This document shows positions 60,772-64,000 of a DNA stretch of 64,000 nucleotides, piece after piece (the stretch's first letter is position 1; each line of letters starts with the position of its first letter). Under the pieces are notes generated by a model. That model was not told the origin of the DNA and ran no database searches. It saw only the letters and a program-made list of their open reading frames with translations. The stretch lies in NCBI GenBank assembly GCA_900088475.1, contig FLMG01000727.1:1-64000 (forward strand), read 5' to 3'. This DNA comes from Hyphochytrium catenoides (Eukaryota; Protista; Hyphochytriomycota). The translations under genes and the position numbers were made by a program.

Positions 60772-63700
60772 GGTAATGGTTAGTGGTGGCTTCTTTACCT
60801 AGAGATCAACTGGTGGGTAATTGACAGCAAAAAATAAAGGACCCACTGAAATATCTGGAACAATAATAACCAGGATGAATGCCGACCCCAGTAACAGCTT
60901 CAATGTCCAGGCTGAAGATTCATCTGCCTCAAAGAGGGAGAGAAGCTATTTACCGTGTGCGCATAGCGAAGAAGATCCAGAAATGAGTTGAGCGCTAACA
61001 GTATTGCTTTTCATAGAAGAAAAATAGATGAAAGTGAGTAGTGACTCTTTCAAGGCATAGAACTGAACGAGCTCGTTATGGTCACGCTAGCTGCATGGAT
61101 CTCAATGCTGGAGATTGCCGGACAAAGCAAAGTAGCCAGCATGCATTCCAAAAGCAGGCATCCTAGATCCCGTCGACTATCCTCTGTCATTCTTCCTCTC
61201 GCTCATCGTCCCTTGTATGTCTTCTTCTCTTTGAAACGATGAAGTTTTTGCTTGTGGAATGTGGATCCAAGTCCTACAACAGTACTCGTACAATAGTAAT
61301 AGGAGTTCACTACAACTGCATCCAACATTCGCGGCAGGCACAAGACTTTATCAGTCAAGCAAGCCCTGTAACTCTCCTGCTCAACGTGGACTGTGCCTCG
61401 TTTCTTACCTCCCTCTAGAGAATATACTCAGGTCGAAGTAGTAGCTCTATGCCATGAATTCTGGGTGTGATGACTGCCAAGACAGCTTTTACTTTTTGTT
61501 GGTTTATGAGGACTCATGAAGGCGCCGGGATTAAAACCACTATCCACTGGAGTTCGTTTGCCACAGTTTGTCGACGTTATTTAACCCTCTCGTCTAATGT
61601 CTATAATAAGGCCTTAGATAATAATAAGTCCCATTATTAGGCAGTAATGAGTAGAGTTCTATAGTGTACAAGGCTAGTTCTAACCCTAAATAATCATAAA
61701 AAGTGGAAGGGTAGAGAAAGGGTGTCATTGAGGTAAAGAACTGCTGTCTCGTAGGACTCTATTTTCTGGTTGCGAGTGAGGTGTGCAAGACCGTGCAAGA
61801 CAGGGGATGGTACTTTTGATGAAGGCTAATGGCATACCATTATTACTACTGTAGTATCTGAGCAAGGCGTAAAGATGAGGTACACTGGGAGCTGCACTAG
61901 GAGGTCATGTCTCCGTGAGCGCAGTCGAGTGATAAGCAAGCACAAAGTGCATGTGCTGTTGCCCCTTTACTGGTGTTGCAAGAAGAGCGACCGAGAGTGT
62001 TATCAAAAGCAGCAGTCAGATCCAACCAACATTGTTGGTTCTTGTACAATAGGGTTGCATGACTGGCTGGCTGGACTGCGAAGGATCTGGAAGACAGAAC
62101 GCAATCAGCAGAAGAATGACCAACTCCAAGTAATAAGAGGGTGATAATTCTTTCTACCACCTTATACAAGCTTCAAGACTCAAGCTAAGTAGTAGTTTCC
62201 TACTTGTAGCAAACCTAACCAGCTTTTGCCCCGTCGTCTGATCAAGGAGGGAGGTGACCGTAGAACAAGTCTAGAACTCTAGGAACAACAACGTTTGTCA
62301 TCGGAGATTTGTTCGAGGATCCCCGTCTTTTTCTTATTTACTAGTACCACACACCCTTGGATGTGTCCATCACAGACGACTCTGCAGCGATCCTGAATTC
62401 TTCCTTAGGCGGGAGACCGCGCTGGTTGTTCATGTGAGGAAATGAACAATGAGACCAACAACTAGTAGAAAGCACCACGCGGTCGCCTATAGGGCTGGAG
62501 TTTGTCCTACCTACTCTATCCACCTGGGTTCTTTTGGGGTGCTATGCCATGAAGTCTTGATTGTGTTTTCGAACGGCTTGTAAAGCTTCAACATCCTGGT
62601 CGCTCTTCACTTGAAGCTTCTCAACATGGGCCTTGAACTCGACTAGTTACTATATTTATATTAGGCCGCCACCGCAGCCTTTTAAGAGGCGAGTGCGCTT
62701 TCGGCAAACGTGTTCTTCCTCAGCACATGAATCCTTCCCTCCTTCTTCTTGTTTTGAAAGAGACTGATAAGCGTCTTGTTGATATATCTCGTCCTCCTCT
62801 TCGCGTTACCCCCACCATTATTACATCTTAGAAAAAATCAACTATGAGAAGAGCCCAAGAATTGGTAGCTCTTTTCTCCTCATCTATCTTCTCTTCGTCT
62901 CTATCGTCCTTCTCTCTCCCTTTACTTCCTTGCTTCCCTCTTATATGATGATACCAATTATAAAGCAGTAGTCCATGATTCGCATCTCTCACTGTTTACA
63001 TAATAACTGAAGTGCTTATCATGCCCCATTATCATGCGCAAATGAGGAACAGCCAGCAAAGCTACATCATGAAAGCGGCGGGGTTGCTGACAGTAGTGTC
63101 ATAACAACCGGGTGGCTTCTATACGTTGCGTTTCTGATGAGCAGAATTTTCATCACCTTTAGGAGATAGAAGCTTGATGACTCATGAACAATGAAGAACA
63201 ATTGGTGAGTTTGAAAGCTGACTATGGCAGGTGAACCACGGGCTGATCGAAAGGTCAACAACTACTTATAAATAAGTCTATGTCTGATTGAGTATATGTT
63301 ATACAGATGCATACAATTGCCGTCCGACTTTCACCTTGAAGTTGTGACCCACCGTCTTCCCATCATGAATAGATGAGCTCTTCGCGAGCTCTGACATAGA
63401 ACCTCCAAGGATGTGACTGCATCGCCACTACGATAAGGTAATTCAGAGCTTTTCGATTCCAGCCTGCACTATTCGTGGCGAAGTTCTGAAGGTTCTGCTC
63501 GCGGACCGGTTCTACCCCTTTTACCTGCTATTCTAAAACTGTCAAGAGGATGAATGATGTTGTCATGGAGTGGGCAAAAGACAGCCCAGGATGGTAAGCT
63601 CCTCTCGTCACCTCTTCCCCCTTGGTCCTAAACTATCGAACACGGCCAACAAGCCACTCACAACCAATGGTACCCACTGTCACAAACTGAGAGGTCCAAA

Positions 63701-64000
63701 TTGCATGGGGATCTGTGAGGAACTTGTTAGTGTTCGGCTCTAGGGCAGCATAATAAGGGAGAAAGTGATACGAGAGGATTGTCAGTTTGACAAGGCAAGA
63801 TTGACTAATGCTGCCGGTGTACGGTTGTTGTCAGTCAAAGACGCTTTTGAAGCCTTAGAACCTGCTGTAACCTAACTGGGCGTGTATTTAGCAAGTATGA
63901 CGGTGGCCGGACTGTTATCAACAGCTGGTGAATAGCGTTGAGCCATGGTAGGCTAAGGAAGAAATATCGGAATGATCCGTGATAAATAATCTGCCAATTC

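Noticed and set aside
58437-61013. Stop-codon reassignment or selenocysteine readthrough to explain the in-frame stops
   Set aside because: TAA, TAG and TGA all terminate conserved genes in this window, and those genes have no internal stops. The locus also has a frameshift.
1-64000. Prokaryotic operon, defence island, prophage, rRNA or tRNA genes
   Set aside because: Spliceosomal introns and eukaryote-specific genes occur throughout. No rRNA or tRNA signature was recognised by eye; tRNAscan-SE/Infernal would be the decisive test.

Overview
This is eukaryotic nuclear DNA from a gene-dense, intron-rich genome. Introns are GT-AG, mostly about 50-400 nt, with CTAAC/CTGAC-like branch points, and CT/GA microsatellites lie near many gene starts. 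It looks protist-like, possibly stramenopile, but the taxon cannot be fixed from this window. Because of splicing, most ORF-track entries are exon fragments or spurious, so I joined exons by eye. Recognisable genes: a UCP-like mitochondrial carrier, a membrane-anchored DNase-I-like (EEP) protein with degenerate catalytic motifs, an intronless type-I membrane expansin-like protein, an N-acylated CaMK-family kinase, a C2H2-finger protein, CABIN1/HIR3, a FYVE-PH-TM-CRAL/TRIO protein, exportin-5, a PH-domain protein, a Sel1-MYND-TPR-RING-CUE-like-Smr protein, a Qa-syntaxin ending in a CaaX box, an SDS22-type LRR/coiled-coil protein, a 62-aa RIIa/Dpy-30 microprotein and DBR1. The last ~7 kb holds unidentified, apparently decayed coding sequence. 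The most striking candidates are (1) a single protein joining a RING E3 ligase to a Cue2/N4BP2-type CUE-Smr nuclease module, (2) a syntaxin with no transmembrane anchor that is predicted to be prenylated, and (3) a FYVE-PH-TM-Sec14 candidate lipid-transfer tether. I found no rRNA, tRNA, CRISPR array or recognisable transposon. All family calls come from motif recognition, not database searches.
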